Origin: a virus
DNA: 64,000 nt
Direction: 5' to 3' (one strand)
Virus record (IMG/VR): IMGVR_UViG_3300027804_000046
Location: 72,550 to 136,549 of that record
Each line of letters starts with the position of its first letter. Position 1 is the first letter of the stretch. Below, one piece after another: positions 47,184 through 57,276 of this stretch. A program made the position numbers and the translations under genes. The notes beneath the pieces are model-generated. The model was not told the origin of the DNA. It made no database searches and saw only the letters and a list, made by a program, of their open reading frames with translations.

Positions 47184-47212
47184 AATATAATGCTTTGTCA
47201 AGAGGTTGTCAA
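47184..47212 (-). promoter_or_regulatory. Antisense sigma70-type promoter
   Basis: Minus strand reads TTGACA-N17-TATATT. Confidence 0.6.
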
Positions 47213-47219
47213 GAGAATA

Positions 47220-47714
47220 ATGAAGTTAGTTAGAAAAAAGATTAAAGAGAACTTAGGCGGAGCAGGAACATCTGGTGATGGTGGAATGTCTGCTCCTTTT
47301 TCTGCTATGGGTCAAGAGATTGATGCAAAGAGAAACAAGAAACCTATTCCGCTTGGCAAGACTATGGGTTCTTATGTAGACGAAGATGCTCCTGTGAATG
47401 CTGCTGGTGGTGGCAATATTGCTGGAATCGGTGTCGGTCCACAAGGCGAACCAGGTCGTCCAGCACAACTCATGCCAATGGCACGCCGCGGCAAGAAGTT
47501 CATGGGAATCGAAACTTATATAGTTCCTTCCAGAGTTTTCAATCAAATCAGAGAAGCAAAGCGTAAGGGAAAACACTGGCGCAAATACTTGGATGAAGAT
47601 GACACTTATCATCACATCCGTATGGAAGCAAAGAAGAATAAAAAGGGTGCTATTATTATAGAAGACGAAAACACAGGCGCACTGTGTTTCGCAAGATATG
47701 GGAAAAACGTATGA
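47220..47714 (+). CDS. Hypothetical protein
   Basis: EDAPVNAAGGGNIAG; IIEDENTG. Confidence 0.55.
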   Translation: MKLVRKKIKENLGGAGTSGDGGMSAPFSAMGQEIDAKRNKKPIPLGKTMGSYVDEDAPVNAAGGGNIAGIGVGPQGEPGRPAQLMPMARRGKKFMGIETYIVPSRVFNQIREAKRKGKHWRKYLDEDDTYHHIRMEAKKNKKGAIIIEDENTGALCFARYGKNV

Positions 47715-48232
47715 CAACTTGGCCATTACAACGCGAATGTGATTCTTTCTATGGAAATCCACGCGGTAAGAATATAACAACACCATCTGTGAAGTGGGAA
47801 TCGGAATATCTTGTATATTTCACTCCACCATTTCGCATCACATATGCTGGCAAGCCAGTATCTCGCTTCAAGGTAAACAAGAACTGTCTTGTTGGCTTTC
47901 AAGAAGCATTCAACAATTTACACAAAGCTGCTGGCGGTAAACAGACTACACTAGATCACTGGGGAGTTTCTATCTTTGGCGGTGTGTATAACTATCGTTT
48001 GATGAGAGGTGGCACAAGTCTATCAATGCACTCATGGGGATGTGCTATCGACTTGGATCCAGCAAACAACGGACTCGGTGACCAGACACCTCGTTTCGCT
48101 CAGTTTCCAGAAGTGTTAGATGCATGGAAGAAAACTGGTGCTGTGTGGGGCGGTGATTGGAACGGAAACAATAATACACTAGACGAGCGCCGTTGCGACG
48201 GTATGCACTGGCAGTTTGCGAGACTTGGATGA
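47711..48232 (+). CDS. M15-family peptidase (probable endolysin)
   Basis: YNYR, SMHSWGCAIDL, WGGDW, DGMHWQ. Confidence 0.85.
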   Translation: MTTWPLQRECDSFYGNPRGKNITTPSVKWESEYLVYFTPPFRITYAGKPVSRFKVNKNCLVGFQEAFNNLHKAAGGKQTTLDHWGVSIFGGVYNYRLMRGGTSLSMHSWGCAIDLDPANNGLGDQTPRFAQFPEVLDAWKKTGAVWGGDWNGNNNTLDERRCDGMHWQFARLG

Positions 48233-48516
48233 AAGAAGAATCGTGGATCAAACAATACTGGCGACCAGCAATTGCTTGGCAGTATTTTGCTGTCTGTATG
48301 TTTGATTTCATTATTTTTCCATTCTTTGATTTCGGACTGAGTTATTATTTGAAACTTGATAACAACTGGGATCCTATCACTCTAAAAGATGGCGGCTTCT
48401 ATCATCTAGCAATGGCCGCAATTATCGGTGTGAGTGCATGGACGCGCGGTCAAGAGAAGATTGAAAAGATGATTATTGAAAACAATGCGACTACAGAAGA
48501 GGAAAAAGCGAAATGA
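48229..48516 (+). CDS. 3TM-type holin
   Basis: WRPAIAWQY...FDFIIFP...AIIGVSAWTRGQEK. Confidence 0.7.
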   Translation: MKEESWIKQYWRPAIAWQYFAVCMFDFIIFPFFDFGLSYYLKLDNNWDPITLKDGGFYHLAMAAIIGVSAWTRGQEKIEKMIIENNATTEEEKAK

Positions 48517-49316
48517 CAATTACACCATTCTTTGATGGCATAACATTAGAGTTGACATCGCAGAGCAACATCAACGCTCATTGGGAATTTATGAACCCTG
48601 ACCAAACATCTTCTGGCACAGATATATCAAAGCAATACATTCACAGTGATGCTATGAGAGTTCATAGAGTCAATGCCAGCGATTCTGACAGCACATTCGT
48701 TGCAGACATTCGCTCGTTGAATCCTTTGCAGTATTCTGGCGACGGCGACCACACATGGGCAGGTTCACCATCATTTACAATCATAAACTATCTTCCAATA
48801 ACTTTGAAATTGAATATCACAGGTATCGATAATTACGATTGGAACGGCAATAGACCAGACCATAATTATCCAGAAGGTATAGAGAACTATACTTTACCGT
48901 CAGCATATTCAAATAATTTAGATGTTAACTTGGCATTTCCAACTGTTTTACTTTATCCAAATCCACACTCAAGTTCAATTCCTTTTGACCTTACTGTTTC
49001 TGGCAGTTCATCTATCTTTACTGATAGAATCTATTATGGACACTTCGATGTGAACTATGAAAATGATAGTTATACAACTACGTTATGGTCACCAAGTGAA
49101 GATGTTAGTGGTAGAACATTTACAGGACATTGGGATACACCAAAGCAGTTAGGCGACTTTACATATTATGATAATAATGGAAATCAACAAACTGGACATC
49201 GTGTAATTACTCGTAGGCAATACATGTTTTACACAGGCGATACTGACACACCAATTGCATTTGTTACTACAACGATATTACAGATTAGACCAGATTCTAC
49301 ACCAGGTCCAATTTAA
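48513..49316 (+). CDS. Hypothetical beta-rich protein
   Basis: 267 aa ORF inside the lysis cassette. Confidence 0.55.
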   Translation: MTITPFFDGITLELTSQSNINAHWEFMNPDQTSSGTDISKQYIHSDAMRVHRVNASDSDSTFVADIRSLNPLQYSGDGDHTWAGSPSFTIINYLPITLKLNITGIDNYDWNGNRPDHNYPEGIENYTLPSAYSNNLDVNLAFPTVLLYPNPHSSSIPFDLTVSGSSSIFTDRIYYGHFDVNYENDSYTTTLWSPSEDVSGRTFTGHWDTPKQLGDFTYYDNNGNQQTGHRVITRRQYMFYTGDTDTPIAFVTTTILQIRPDSTPGPI

Positions 49317-49327
49317 AGGAGTAAAAT

Positions 49328-49837
49328 ATGTTTTTAGCATTGTTATCACCTCTCTTTGGTATTATTGGAAGTCTATTGCCTTCCATTGTGAGAATATTTG
49401 AGCGTAAGCAGGAGATAAAGTATGAACTTGAACTCACTAAGGTTAAGTTGGATGCAGCCGAGCGCCAGGCCAATCTCGATTTTAATATTGAGATGGTTAG
49501 GGCTGACAGTCAGCTTCGACAATCTGCTCTTGATCATGATAAGTCTATTGATGGTGGAAAGTTTATTAACGCACTCCGCGCTTCTGTACGCCCTGTTATA
49601 ACATATACATTCTTTCTTGTGTTCATTGCAGTGAAAGTTGCAGCAGCATATGTCATGTTGACCACAGGACAATCTGTGCCAGAAATGTTGAAGGCTGTTT
49701 GGGATGCAGAAACTATGGCTCTGTTTTCAACAATCATCGCATTCTGGTTTGGTAGTCGTGTGATGGAAAAGCAAGGTCAAGTGCCACAGGTTATGGTTAC
49801 CGCGACAACAGTTTCACCAACAAACAAGAAGAAATAA
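49328..49837 (+). CDS. 3TM-type holin-like membrane protein
   Basis: RASVRPVITY...IIAFWFGSR. Confidence 0.7.
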   Translation: MFLALLSPLFGIIGSLLPSIVRIFERKQEIKYELELTKVKLDAAERQANLDFNIEMVRADSQLRQSALDHDKSIDGGKFINALRASVRPVITYTFFLVFIAVKVAAAYVMLTTGQSVPEMLKAVWDAETMALFSTIIAFWFGSRVMEKQGQVPQVMVTATTVSPTNKKK

Positions 49838-49860
49838 ATATACGAACAAGGTCAATCGTC

Positions 49861-50337
49861 GTGGATACAGAACAAGAAAACCGAATTGAGATAGAACTAC
49901 TCAAGAAAGACGTTACAACAATGGCAGCATTGTTGAATAAATTTGACACGACGATTGACAAGATGCAGGAGATTGCATCAAGTCTTTCACGTATGGTATC
50001 TTTGCAAGAGCAGAGGATTGAAACACAAGAACGAATCACTCATGAAGTGCAGGGTATACTGGAAATGCGTAGACAGGAACAGCAGAATAACATAAAAGAC
50101 GTTTACAATAGAATCAATACAGTCAACAAAGAATTGACGGACAAGATTGAAGATACCGAAAATAAAATCCTTGAAGAACTAAAAAAGATTAGAGAAGACT
50201 TGACTAAGAAGGACGAAGGATTTGGAACTCGTCTTGGTCAAATTGAAACATGGAAATACGGAATCGCCGCTATCATCACATTCCTTCTTTTCTTGATAGC
50301 CAACAACGCAATCAACATTACCAAACTATTCGATTAA
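49861..50337 (+). CDS. Coiled-coil protein with C-terminal TM helix
   Basis: Heptad pattern, IETWKYGI followed by TM; usual position upstream of the primase. Confidence 0.55.
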   Translation: MDTEQENRIEIELLKKDVTTMAALLNKFDTTIDKMQEIASSLSRMVSLQEQRIETQERITHEVQGILEMRRQEQQNNIKDVYNRINTVNKELTDKIEDTENKILEELKKIREDLTKKDEGFGTRLGQIETWKYGIAAIITFLLFLIANNAINITKLFD

Positions 50338-50348
50338 GGACAACTACA

Positions 50349-50558
50349 ATGAATATCAGAGAGAACTTTTATAGCAAACTACAGCAAGTTCGTGAAGACT
50401 TTAGTCATAAGGATGCTAAAATGGCTAGAAATGCTAAAAAAGTTGCTGACGGAATTATCAGTCGTTTCGGCCAGAAGAAATGGAATAAGAAGGCTAAGAT
50501 ACTTCAAAATAAAGCCGTAACTGGAATGGAAGAACCATCTAAGAAGACTAAGAAGTAA
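50349..50558 (+). CDS. Hypothetical basic protein
   Basis: AAGGA RBS. Confidence 0.5.
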   Translation: MNIRENFYSKLQQVREDFSHKDAKMARNAKKVADGIISRFGQKKWNKKAKILQNKAVTGMEEPSKKTKK

Positions 50559-50561
50559 TCG

Positions 50562-50618
50562 TTGACTTTCTAAACCTACCTGTTATAATGCCATCTAAGT
50601 ATCATTAGGTGGCATTAT
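50562..50618 (+). promoter_or_regulatory. Primase promoter and RBS-sequestering hairpin
   Basis: TTGACT...TATAAT; ATAATGCCATCTAA/TTAGGTGGCATTAT stem. Confidence 0.65.
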
Positions 50619-51621
50619 GTCTTTATTCATCGACAAGAAGTTCGTTTCCTTAGTTTCTCCAAAACTGGAACGTTTTAAGCAAAAATCAGAATACTTGTGG
50701 AATTGTCGCTGCAAAATCTGTGGCGATTCCAGCAAGAACAAAATCAAGGCTCGCGGCTATTTCTATCGCCGCAAGTCGGACATATTCTACACTTGCCATA
50801 ATTGCGGAACAAGTCTGTCTCTTGGCAACTTCATCAAGATTATCGATCCATCTTTGTATCGTGAGTATCAATTGGAAAGATACAAGAACGAGTCATCTGG
50901 TAATGTTGCGAAGCCTGATTTTTCTATGGCCCGTGAGAAGCCAACATTCTCAACTAAGATAAATCTGCCGACAATATCTTCCTTGTCTGACAACCATCCT
51001 GCTAGAGTATATCTGACAAACAGAAAGATTCCTGCCGATAAACTGAACGATATATACTATGCTGAAAACTTTGCAGACTTTGTGCAAGATATTCATCCTG
51101 ATTATGATAAGACTGTTTACAAAGAACAGCGGATCATCTTTCCTTTTTATGATGTTGACGATGAATTGCTTGGATTTCAAGGTCGTGCAATCGGTGATAG
51201 TAAGGTTAAGTATATTACAATCAAGTTAGATGAAGAAAACGCAAAGATATTTGGAGCAAATAAAGTTGATCCAAATAAGCGCATCTATGTGGTAGAAGGT
51301 CCGATTGATAGTATGTTCTTGCAAAATTCAGTTGCAACTATGGACGCTTCGTTGTATAATGTATCTCTTTTGCTTGGCAATCATGATTATGTTTTCATAC
51401 ATGATAATGAGCCGAGAAATGCTGCTATTGTAAAGCAGATGGCCAAGACAATCAGTCAAAATAAAAATATTTTTATTTGGCCTTCACACATCAAAGAAAA
51501 AGACATAAACGACTGGATTATGTCAGGTGCGACACCTAGTGAAATCCAGAGTATTATAGATAGAAATACGTTCTGTGATCTTAGGGCAAAGTTGGAGTTT
51601 GAAAGATGGAAGAAAATTTAG
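50617..51621 (+). CDS. 61: DNA primase (T4 gp61)
   Basis: CKICGDS...CHNCG Zn finger; GFQGR; VVEGPIDS; DNEPRN; KDIND. Confidence 0.95.
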   Translation: MSLFIDKKFVSLVSPKLERFKQKSEYLWNCRCKICGDSSKNKIKARGYFYRRKSDIFYTCHNCGTSLSLGNFIKIIDPSLYREYQLERYKNESSGNVAKPDFSMAREKPTFSTKINLPTISSLSDNHPARVYLTNRKIPADKLNDIYYAENFADFVQDIHPDYDKTVYKEQRIIFPFYDVDDELLGFQGRAIGDSKVKYITIKLDEENAKIFGANKVDPNKRIYVVEGPIDSMFLQNSVATMDASLYNVSLLLGNHDYVFIHDNEPRNAAIVKQMAKTISQNKNIFIWPSHIKEKDINDWIMSGATPSEIQSIIDRNTFCDLRAKLEFERWKKI

Positions 51622-51872
51622 TGAGAAAGTTTAGAAAGAGGCCAGTAACGATTGAGGCGATGCAATTGACAGATGCAAAGTTCGTGTTAGATATAGAAGA
51701 ATGGATTAACAGTCCAACTATTGGATTCTTAACTAGTCCGCCAACAATGTGGATCGATACGCTAGAAGGTCGCATGACAGCAAATGCAGGCGACTGGATC
51801 ATCAAGGGTGTGAACGGTGAGTTCTATCCTTGCAAGAATGAAATCTTTATCAAGACATATCAGGAAGTATAA
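51606..51872 (+). CDS. Phage protein with GDWII motif
   Basis: FRKRPVTIEA...TLEG...GDWIIKGVNGEFYPCK. Confidence 0.75.
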   Translation: MEENLVRKFRKRPVTIEAMQLTDAKFVLDIEEWINSPTIGFLTSPPTMWIDTLEGRMTANAGDWIIKGVNGEFYPCKNEIFIKTYQEV

Positions 51873-51873
51873 T

Positions 51874-52116
51874 ATGAATTTCAGTGATGTACTAGGCGTC
51901 TATTGGTGGCGTGAAGAAGATGGATCTATTCACTATCGTGCTAGGGGTATCGGACCAAAGTATACTAGATTGTATGAATGGTTGCCTAAGACTTCTTATC
52001 GTTGCACCAGCACAGATTGGCCATGGGACTTCTTTGTGTTTGATGATCCTGAAGATCATCAGCGATTGATCAATGAGTTTGGATTTGACGTTATAAAGGA
52101 CAGAGATAATGAATAA
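51874..52116 (+). CDS. Hypothetical protein
   Basis: AGGA RBS. Confidence 0.5.
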   Translation: MNFSDVLGVYWWREEDGSIHYRARGIGPKYTRLYEWLPKTSYRCTSTDWPWDFFVFDDPEDHQRLINEFGFDVIKDRDNE

Positions 52117-52777
52117 TGTGAAGTTGGTCGGCGTGACGCAGCCGACGATGGTAAATTCATCTATGGATAATGCAGAAGATTTGATTGCATACTGTGCTAG
52201 GGTATCTAATCCTGCTAATCAGGATAATCCAGATAGTGAGAAGTTGCTCAAGTATCTTGTGAAGAACAAGCACTGGTCGCCGTTTGAGATGGTACATCTT
52301 GTTATGGAAATCAATACCACGCGCGACATTGCACGACAGATCCTTCGTCATCGCTCGTTCTCGTTTCAAGAGTTCTCACAGCGTTATGCTGAGGTTCAAA
52401 ACTTTGCACCAAATCGTGAGACACGTAGACAAGATCAAAAGAATCGTCAAAACAGTATAGAACTAGACAATGGTGATGAAGATTTTGAGTTGAATCATAT
52501 GTGGAATGAATGGCAAAATCAAATCAAAGCTGATGCAAATGAAGCTTATGATTGGGCAATCAAGAATGGTATCGCAAAAGAACAAGCCCGTGTAGTTCTT
52601 CCTGAAGGCCTCACTATGTCACGCATGTATATGTCAGGTTCACTTCGCAGCTGGATCCATTACTGTGAATTACGCATGGCCAACGGAACGCAGAAAGAGC
52701 ATCGTATAATCGCAGAACAATGTTGGAATGTTATCGTTGAACAATTCCCCTCACTTAAGACCGTATTAGAACAATAA
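52109..52777 (+). CDS. thyX: Flavin-dependent thymidylate synthase
   Basis: HWSPFE, QILRHRSFSFQEFSQRY, EQAR, TQKEH. Confidence 0.96.
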   Translation: MNNVKLVGVTQPTMVNSSMDNAEDLIAYCARVSNPANQDNPDSEKLLKYLVKNKHWSPFEMVHLVMEINTTRDIARQILRHRSFSFQEFSQRYAEVQNFAPNRETRRQDQKNRQNSIELDNGDEDFELNHMWNEWQNQIKADANEAYDWAIKNGIAKEQARVVLPEGLTMSRMYMSGSLRSWIHYCELRMANGTQKEHRIIAEQCWNVIVEQFPSLKTVLEQ

Positions 52778-52798
52778 AAACAATTTAGGAGTATTCGT

Positions 52799-54727
52799 AT
52801 GTCAGGCAGTAATATGTTACCGTCTCTGTATCAAGAGTTCATTCATAAGTCTCGTTATGCCCGTTGGCTGTGGGATGAAAATCGTAGAGAGAACTGGGAT
52901 GAAACAGTTGCTCGGTATTTCAATTTCTTTGATGAGCATGTCAAGGAAGTTACAGGTTATACTGTAACCAAAGAAGAACGCAAGGAACTAGAAGAGGCAG
53001 TTCTTAATCTTGAAATCATGCCATCTATGCGTTGTCTTATGACTGCTGGTGAAGCACTCAAGCGTGAGAACGTGGCTGGTTATAACTGCTCTTATGTTGC
53101 TGTAGATTCTCCTCGTTCGTTCGATGAAATTCTTTACATTCTCATGAATGGAACTGGTGTTGGATTTTCTGTAGAAAGCAAGTTTGTAGATCAACTGCCT
53201 GTGATTGCAGATGACTTTCATGATACAGATACTACTATTCTTGTGGCCGACTCAAAGCTTGGTTGGGCAAAAGCATTAAAGGAACTTATTCATCTTCTTT
53301 ATGCAGGTCAAGTGCCGCGTTGGGATGTTTCTAAGGTTCGTCCTGCTGGCGCTCCGTTGAAGACATTTGGTGGTCGCGCATCTGGTCCAGCACCACTTGA
53401 AGATTTGTTTAAGTTTACTGTAGCAACATTTAAGAGGGCTGCTGGTCGCCGTCTATCAACATTGGAGTGCCATGACATTGTATGTAAGATTGCCGAGATC
53501 GTGGTTGTTGGTGGTGTTCGTCGTTCCGCTCTTATCTCTCTATCTGACCTTTCAGACGACCGTATGCGCGTTGCGAAGTCTGGTGACTGGTGGAAAGAAA
53601 ATGTTCAACGCGCACTCGCAAATAACTCATTCGTCGCAAAGGAAAAGCCAGACGTTGGTATCTTCATGCGCGAGTGGCTTTCGCTCTATGAGTCGCGCAG
53701 TGGTGAGCGTGGTATCTTCTCCCGTCAGGCATCTAAGAAGCAGGCAGAGAAGTTTGGAAGACGAGACTCGGATCACGATTTCGGCACCAATCCATGTAGT
53801 GAAATCATTCTACGTTCCAGAGAGTTCTGTAATCTCACAGAGGTTGTCGTTAGAGGAGATGACACCCCAGAAAGTCTCAAGCGTAAAGTCAAACTCGCAA
53901 CTATACTTGGTACATTCCAGTCAACACTCATCAACTTCAAATACTTGAGCAAGAAGTGGCAAGAGAACTGCGGTGAAGAGCGTTTGCTTGGTGTGTCATT
54001 GACTGGCATTATGGACAATGAGTTTACAAATGGTAAGGTTGCAGGTGTTGCACATCTCGGGCCAATGTTGGAGGGACTACGTGATGAAGCTGTCAAGACT
54101 AATAAGCTATGGGCTGCGAAGCTTAATATTCCTGTGTCTGCTGCCATTACCTGCGTTAAGCCTTCTGGTACTGTATCAGCTCTTGTAGACTCAGCAAGCG
54201 GCATTCATGCAAGACATGCTCCATATTATATTCGCACTGTAAGAGCAGATAAGAAAGATCCTCTTGCAAAGATGATGAAAGATATGGGATTTCCATGTGA
54301 AGATGATGTAATGAAACCAGATCACACTTATGTTTTTTCATTTCCTATGAAGTCTCCTGAATATGCTGTATTTCGTAAAGATATGTCTGCTATTAATCAA
54401 CTTGAAATCTGGCTGACTTATCAGCGCCACTGGTGCGAACACAAACCCTCTATCACCGTAAGTGTTCGTGAAGAAGAATGGCCAACAGTCGGTGCTTGGG
54501 TATATGAACATTTTGATGAACTCAGTGGTGTTTCATTCTTACCATTCAGTGATCATAGTTACAAACAGGCACCTTATCAAGATTGCACCAAAGAAGAGTA
54601 TGAAGAACTTCTTGCAAAGATGCCTAAGAACATCAATTGGATGGATCTCGCTAAATACGAGAAAACTGATGCTACAACAGGTTCGCAGGAGCTGGCTTGT
54701 TCAAGCGCCACGGGATGCGAAATCTAA
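52799..54727 (+). CDS. nrdJ: Class II (adenosylcobalamin) ribonucleotide reductase
   Basis: PSMR, YNC, GTGVGFS, GGVRRSA, TNPCSEI, CNLTE, VKPSGT, C-terminal CSSATGC. Confidence 0.93.
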   Translation: MSGSNMLPSLYQEFIHKSRYARWLWDENRRENWDETVARYFNFFDEHVKEVTGYTVTKEERKELEEAVLNLEIMPSMRCLMTAGEALKRENVAGYNCSYVAVDSPRSFDEILYILMNGTGVGFSVESKFVDQLPVIADDFHDTDTTILVADSKLGWAKALKELIHLLYAGQVPRWDVSKVRPAGAPLKTFGGRASGPAPLEDLFKFTVATFKRAAGRRLSTLECHDIVCKIAEIVVVGGVRRSALISLSDLSDDRMRVAKSGDWWKENVQRALANNSFVAKEKPDVGIFMREWLSLYESRSGERGIFSRQASKKQAEKFGRRDSDHDFGTNPCSEIILRSREFCNLTEVVVRGDDTPESLKRKVKLATILGTFQSTLINFKYLSKKWQENCGEERLLGVSLTGIMDNEFTNGKVAGVAHLGPMLEGLRDEAVKTNKLWAAKLNIPVSAAITCVKPSGTVSALVDSASGIHARHAPYYIRTVRADKKDPLAKMMKDMGFPCEDDVMKPDHTYVFSFPMKSPEYAVFRKDMSAINQLEIWLTYQRHWCEHKPSITVSVREEEWPTVGAWVYEHFDELSGVSFLPFSDHSYKQAPYQDCTKEEYEELLAKMPKNINWMDLAKYEKTDATTGSQELACSSATGCEI

Positions 54728-55043
54728 TGGGACTATTTGCGCTGCCTCTGTATGATGATCCAATCAAAAATGCAGAGGCAGCGATATCCAATCTCAAGCT
54801 ATATACAACAGGAGAGGGCGGAAGCTACAATCTTGGTTTTGCCCTAGCTTGTATAGAAAAAGCTATAGAACAAGAGAAAGAACAACATGACAAAAGAAGT
54901 AGAGAAGATTAAATGCAACTTCTGTGAGTCATCATACAAAGTGCTTTACGACTATGAAGAAACACAGGGGCAGCCTCGTTTCTGTTCCTTCTGTGGTGAA
55001 GAATGCTTTAATGAAGACGAACTTGATTTAGAGGATGATGAAA

Positions 55044-55337
55044 ATGAGTGATGATTATGCAAAGGGATTCAAGGACGGTTTTGCTGTTGGTCTAGAAGAA
55101 GGTAAGAGACTTGCTCCTAAAACTACCAGATTAGATGACTATGTTTTTGGTAATAGTTATGGATGCCCGAAATGCGGTAAAAACTTCAACGATGGTAAGA
55201 TTTGGGGCTATGTGTGTTCCGTCTCAGGATGTCCGAGTAGAGTAACATGCGGTGCTGTCGGAGCAACATACGATAACATGTCATCATCATATCCTGATTG
55301 GGCAGGAAATCCTACTATCGCACAATCTGACAAGTAG
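55044..55337 (+). CDS. Hypothetical Zn-finger protein
   Basis: CPKCG...GYVCSVSGCP. Confidence 0.55.
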   Translation: MSDDYAKGFKDGFAVGLEEGKRLAPKTTRLDDYVFGNSYGCPKCGKNFNDGKIWGYVCSVSGCPSRVTCGAVGATYDNMSSSYPDWAGNPTIAQSDK

Positions 55338-55363
55338 CATACATACTCTCATAGGAGAGTGTT

Positions 55364-55765
55364 ATGTGGACTTACAAAGGTAAAGAGATTGGTGATGATG
55401 AAGTTGTCGGCTATGCAGCATTCGTTTACATCATCACCAATCTAGAAAATAACAAGAGATATATTGGTAAAAAAATCTTCACATCTGTCAGAAGACAAAA
55501 AGTCAAAGGCAAAAAGAGAAGAAAGAAAGTCCAAAAAGAGAGTAACTGGAAATCTTATTTCGGTTCAAATCTAGCACTCATCGCCGATGTTGATAGATTG
55601 GGCGAAGATAAGTTTAGTCGTGAAATCGTAAAACTCTGCAAGACAAGAGGAACGGCCAGTTATTGGGAAGCATATTATATTATGTTTCATCATGCAATAA
55701 TATCGGAAGAGTTTTATAACGAATCTCTTCAAGTTCGTGTACATTGTTCACATGTGAAGGATTAA
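55364..55765 (+). CDS. GIY-YIG nuclease (T4 endonuclease II/DenA-like)
   Basis: FVYIITN...YIGKK...SNWKSYFGS...FSREI. Confidence 0.8.
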   Translation: MWTYKGKEIGDDEVVGYAAFVYIITNLENNKRYIGKKIFTSVRRQKVKGKKRRKKVQKESNWKSYFGSNLALIADVDRLGEDKFSREIVKLCKTRGTASYWEAYYIMFHHAIISEEFYNESLQVRVHCSHVKD

Positions 55766-55846
55766 CTGCGACACTATTGCACTTGCTAATAAATGCTGCA
55801 TGTGCTAAATAGATGTGTATCACAACATAACAAGGAGAGTCCTACC

Positions 55847-56026
55847 ATGACCGCATGGGGAAGAATGTTTCTGAACGCCATGAATGGATTTCGGAATGAA
55901 AGCGAAACTGGATTGGTTCGCATGTTTCGTGTAGAGTATTCAAAAGAATACCGCCAGTTGAAAAAACTGGGAGTGCAACTGGACGATGCATTTGTTCGTC
56001 AGTATCTCAAGACAATAAAAACCTAA
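55847..56026 (+). CDS. Hypothetical protein
   Basis: AAGGAG RBS; CTAAATA late-promoter-like motif upstream. Confidence 0.55.
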   Translation: MTAWGRMFLNAMNGFRNESETGLVRMFRVEYSKEYRQLKKLGVQLDDAFVRQYLKTIKT

Positions 56027-56029
56027 TAA

Positions 56030-56146
56030 AATCAATAACTTAGCAAAACCTCATTAAAATCAATAACTTAGCCAACCTGCTATGCATCCGCCGCATAGCA
56101 GGTATTCTCATTCCAGTCTTGTATTTCCTAGCTATCAGCACTATAT
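56030..56146 (+). promoter_or_regulatory. Early promoter cassette: two IHF-like sites, ATGC box, promoter
   Basis: AATCAATAACTTA at 56030 and 56058; box 56082-56107; CTTGTA-N17-CTATAT. Confidence 0.8.
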
Positions 56147-56175
56147 TATAAGAGTAACAAGAGAGAGAAAAACGA

Positions 56176-56523
56176 ATGGCTAAGATGAACCTCCCCGTTG
56201 AATTCCTTACCGATTATGCTGATCATATCAAGACCGACTATATCAAGTGGTGGGGAAATCGTGCTTCTGAAAAGCATGTTCAAGAAATGATTGCCGAGCG
56301 AGGAATTGAGTTTCAGCCTGGCTCTTCCTACATCAAGGTTGTTGAAACTCGCAACGGTGTTGTGGATCGGGTTCACTCGTTCATTGTGAACAAGGCTGGG
56401 AAGTTCCCGCTCGGTACCATCCTTAAGGCTGCTTCGTTCAAGGCTCCTGCGACCAATTTTGGTCGTGGCAATCTTCTCGACCGTCAGACTTGGAACCGCG
56501 TTGTTTGGACTGGAGTGAACTAA
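56176..56523 (+). CDS. Early hypothetical protein
   Basis: YIKVV...VHSFIV...GTILKAASFKAPA. Confidence 0.7.
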   Translation: MAKMNLPVEFLTDYADHIKTDYIKWWGNRASEKHVQEMIAERGIEFQPGSSYIKVVETRNGVVDRVHSFIVNKAGKFPLGTILKAASFKAPATNFGRGNLLDRQTWNRVVWTGVN

Positions 56524-56680
56524 TGCGGCCGCGCTTCTACTATCAAATAGAGTTTGATGACGGCCGAGTGATCCGCCGTGAGTATCAAACCAAGTCCATG
56601 GCCGAAGCCATCTACAAATCGCTTGAAGCTGAGATGCTTCTGTTCAATATCAAGCTTGTTCAATATGGAGAAATGCGCTA

Positions 56681-56956
56681 ATGTCTTATAACGGTTGGGC
56701 TAACTACGAAACCTGGAATGTTGGCATGTGGTACGGCGATGTTTTCGCTGACATGGCTTCCGAACAAAAGCTTCACGGCGTCTATCTTGAAGAGATGGTC
56801 GTTGAAATGGAAATGGACAAGGTTCCCGATTCGTCTCTCGCGGCTGATATCATGAATGCGTTCCTGCGCCGCGTTGACTGGGACGAACTGGCCGACCACT
56901 ATAACGAAGATTCCGATTTTGTTGACGAAGACGAGGAAGAGGAAATCGATGCGTAA
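56681..56956 (+). CDS. Early hypothetical protein
   Basis: YNGWANYETWNV...VDWDELA. Confidence 0.7.
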   Translation: MSYNGWANYETWNVGMWYGDVFADMASEQKLHGVYLEEMVVEMEMDKVPDSSLAADIMNAFLRRVDWDELADHYNEDSDFVDEDEEEEIDA

Positions 56957-57276
56957 GCCATATGAGTCCTATGCCGAGATTCCTGTTCTGGTGGCAGAAT
57001 ATGTCTTGACAGTCGCAGCCGAAAAGCGTATTATGGACATACCGCTTGAAGATATCAATTCCTTTCTGACGGGTCTTCATGAGCATTACAAGACGAAGCA
57101 GGAAGAGTATTCAGAAGGTTGGGTGTAATGGCGGTCATGTATCGCTATGATCGGCATGAAAAAAACTGGAACATCAATACTACTTGGATTGGCGGTTTCA
57201 TCTTGTTTTATGAACCGTCCGAGTGTATAATGTTTGTGCCTGGTTCATATCAGGAAATGTTGAAGGACTATGACTA

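Noticed and set aside
10994-54727. Introns or inteins in polymerase, helicase, primase, thyX or nrdJ
   Set aside because: All are continuous ORFs of ordinary length.
55766-55812. TGC/GCA-rich stretch as a possible PhaR-type operator
   Set aside because: Too degenerate and present only once.
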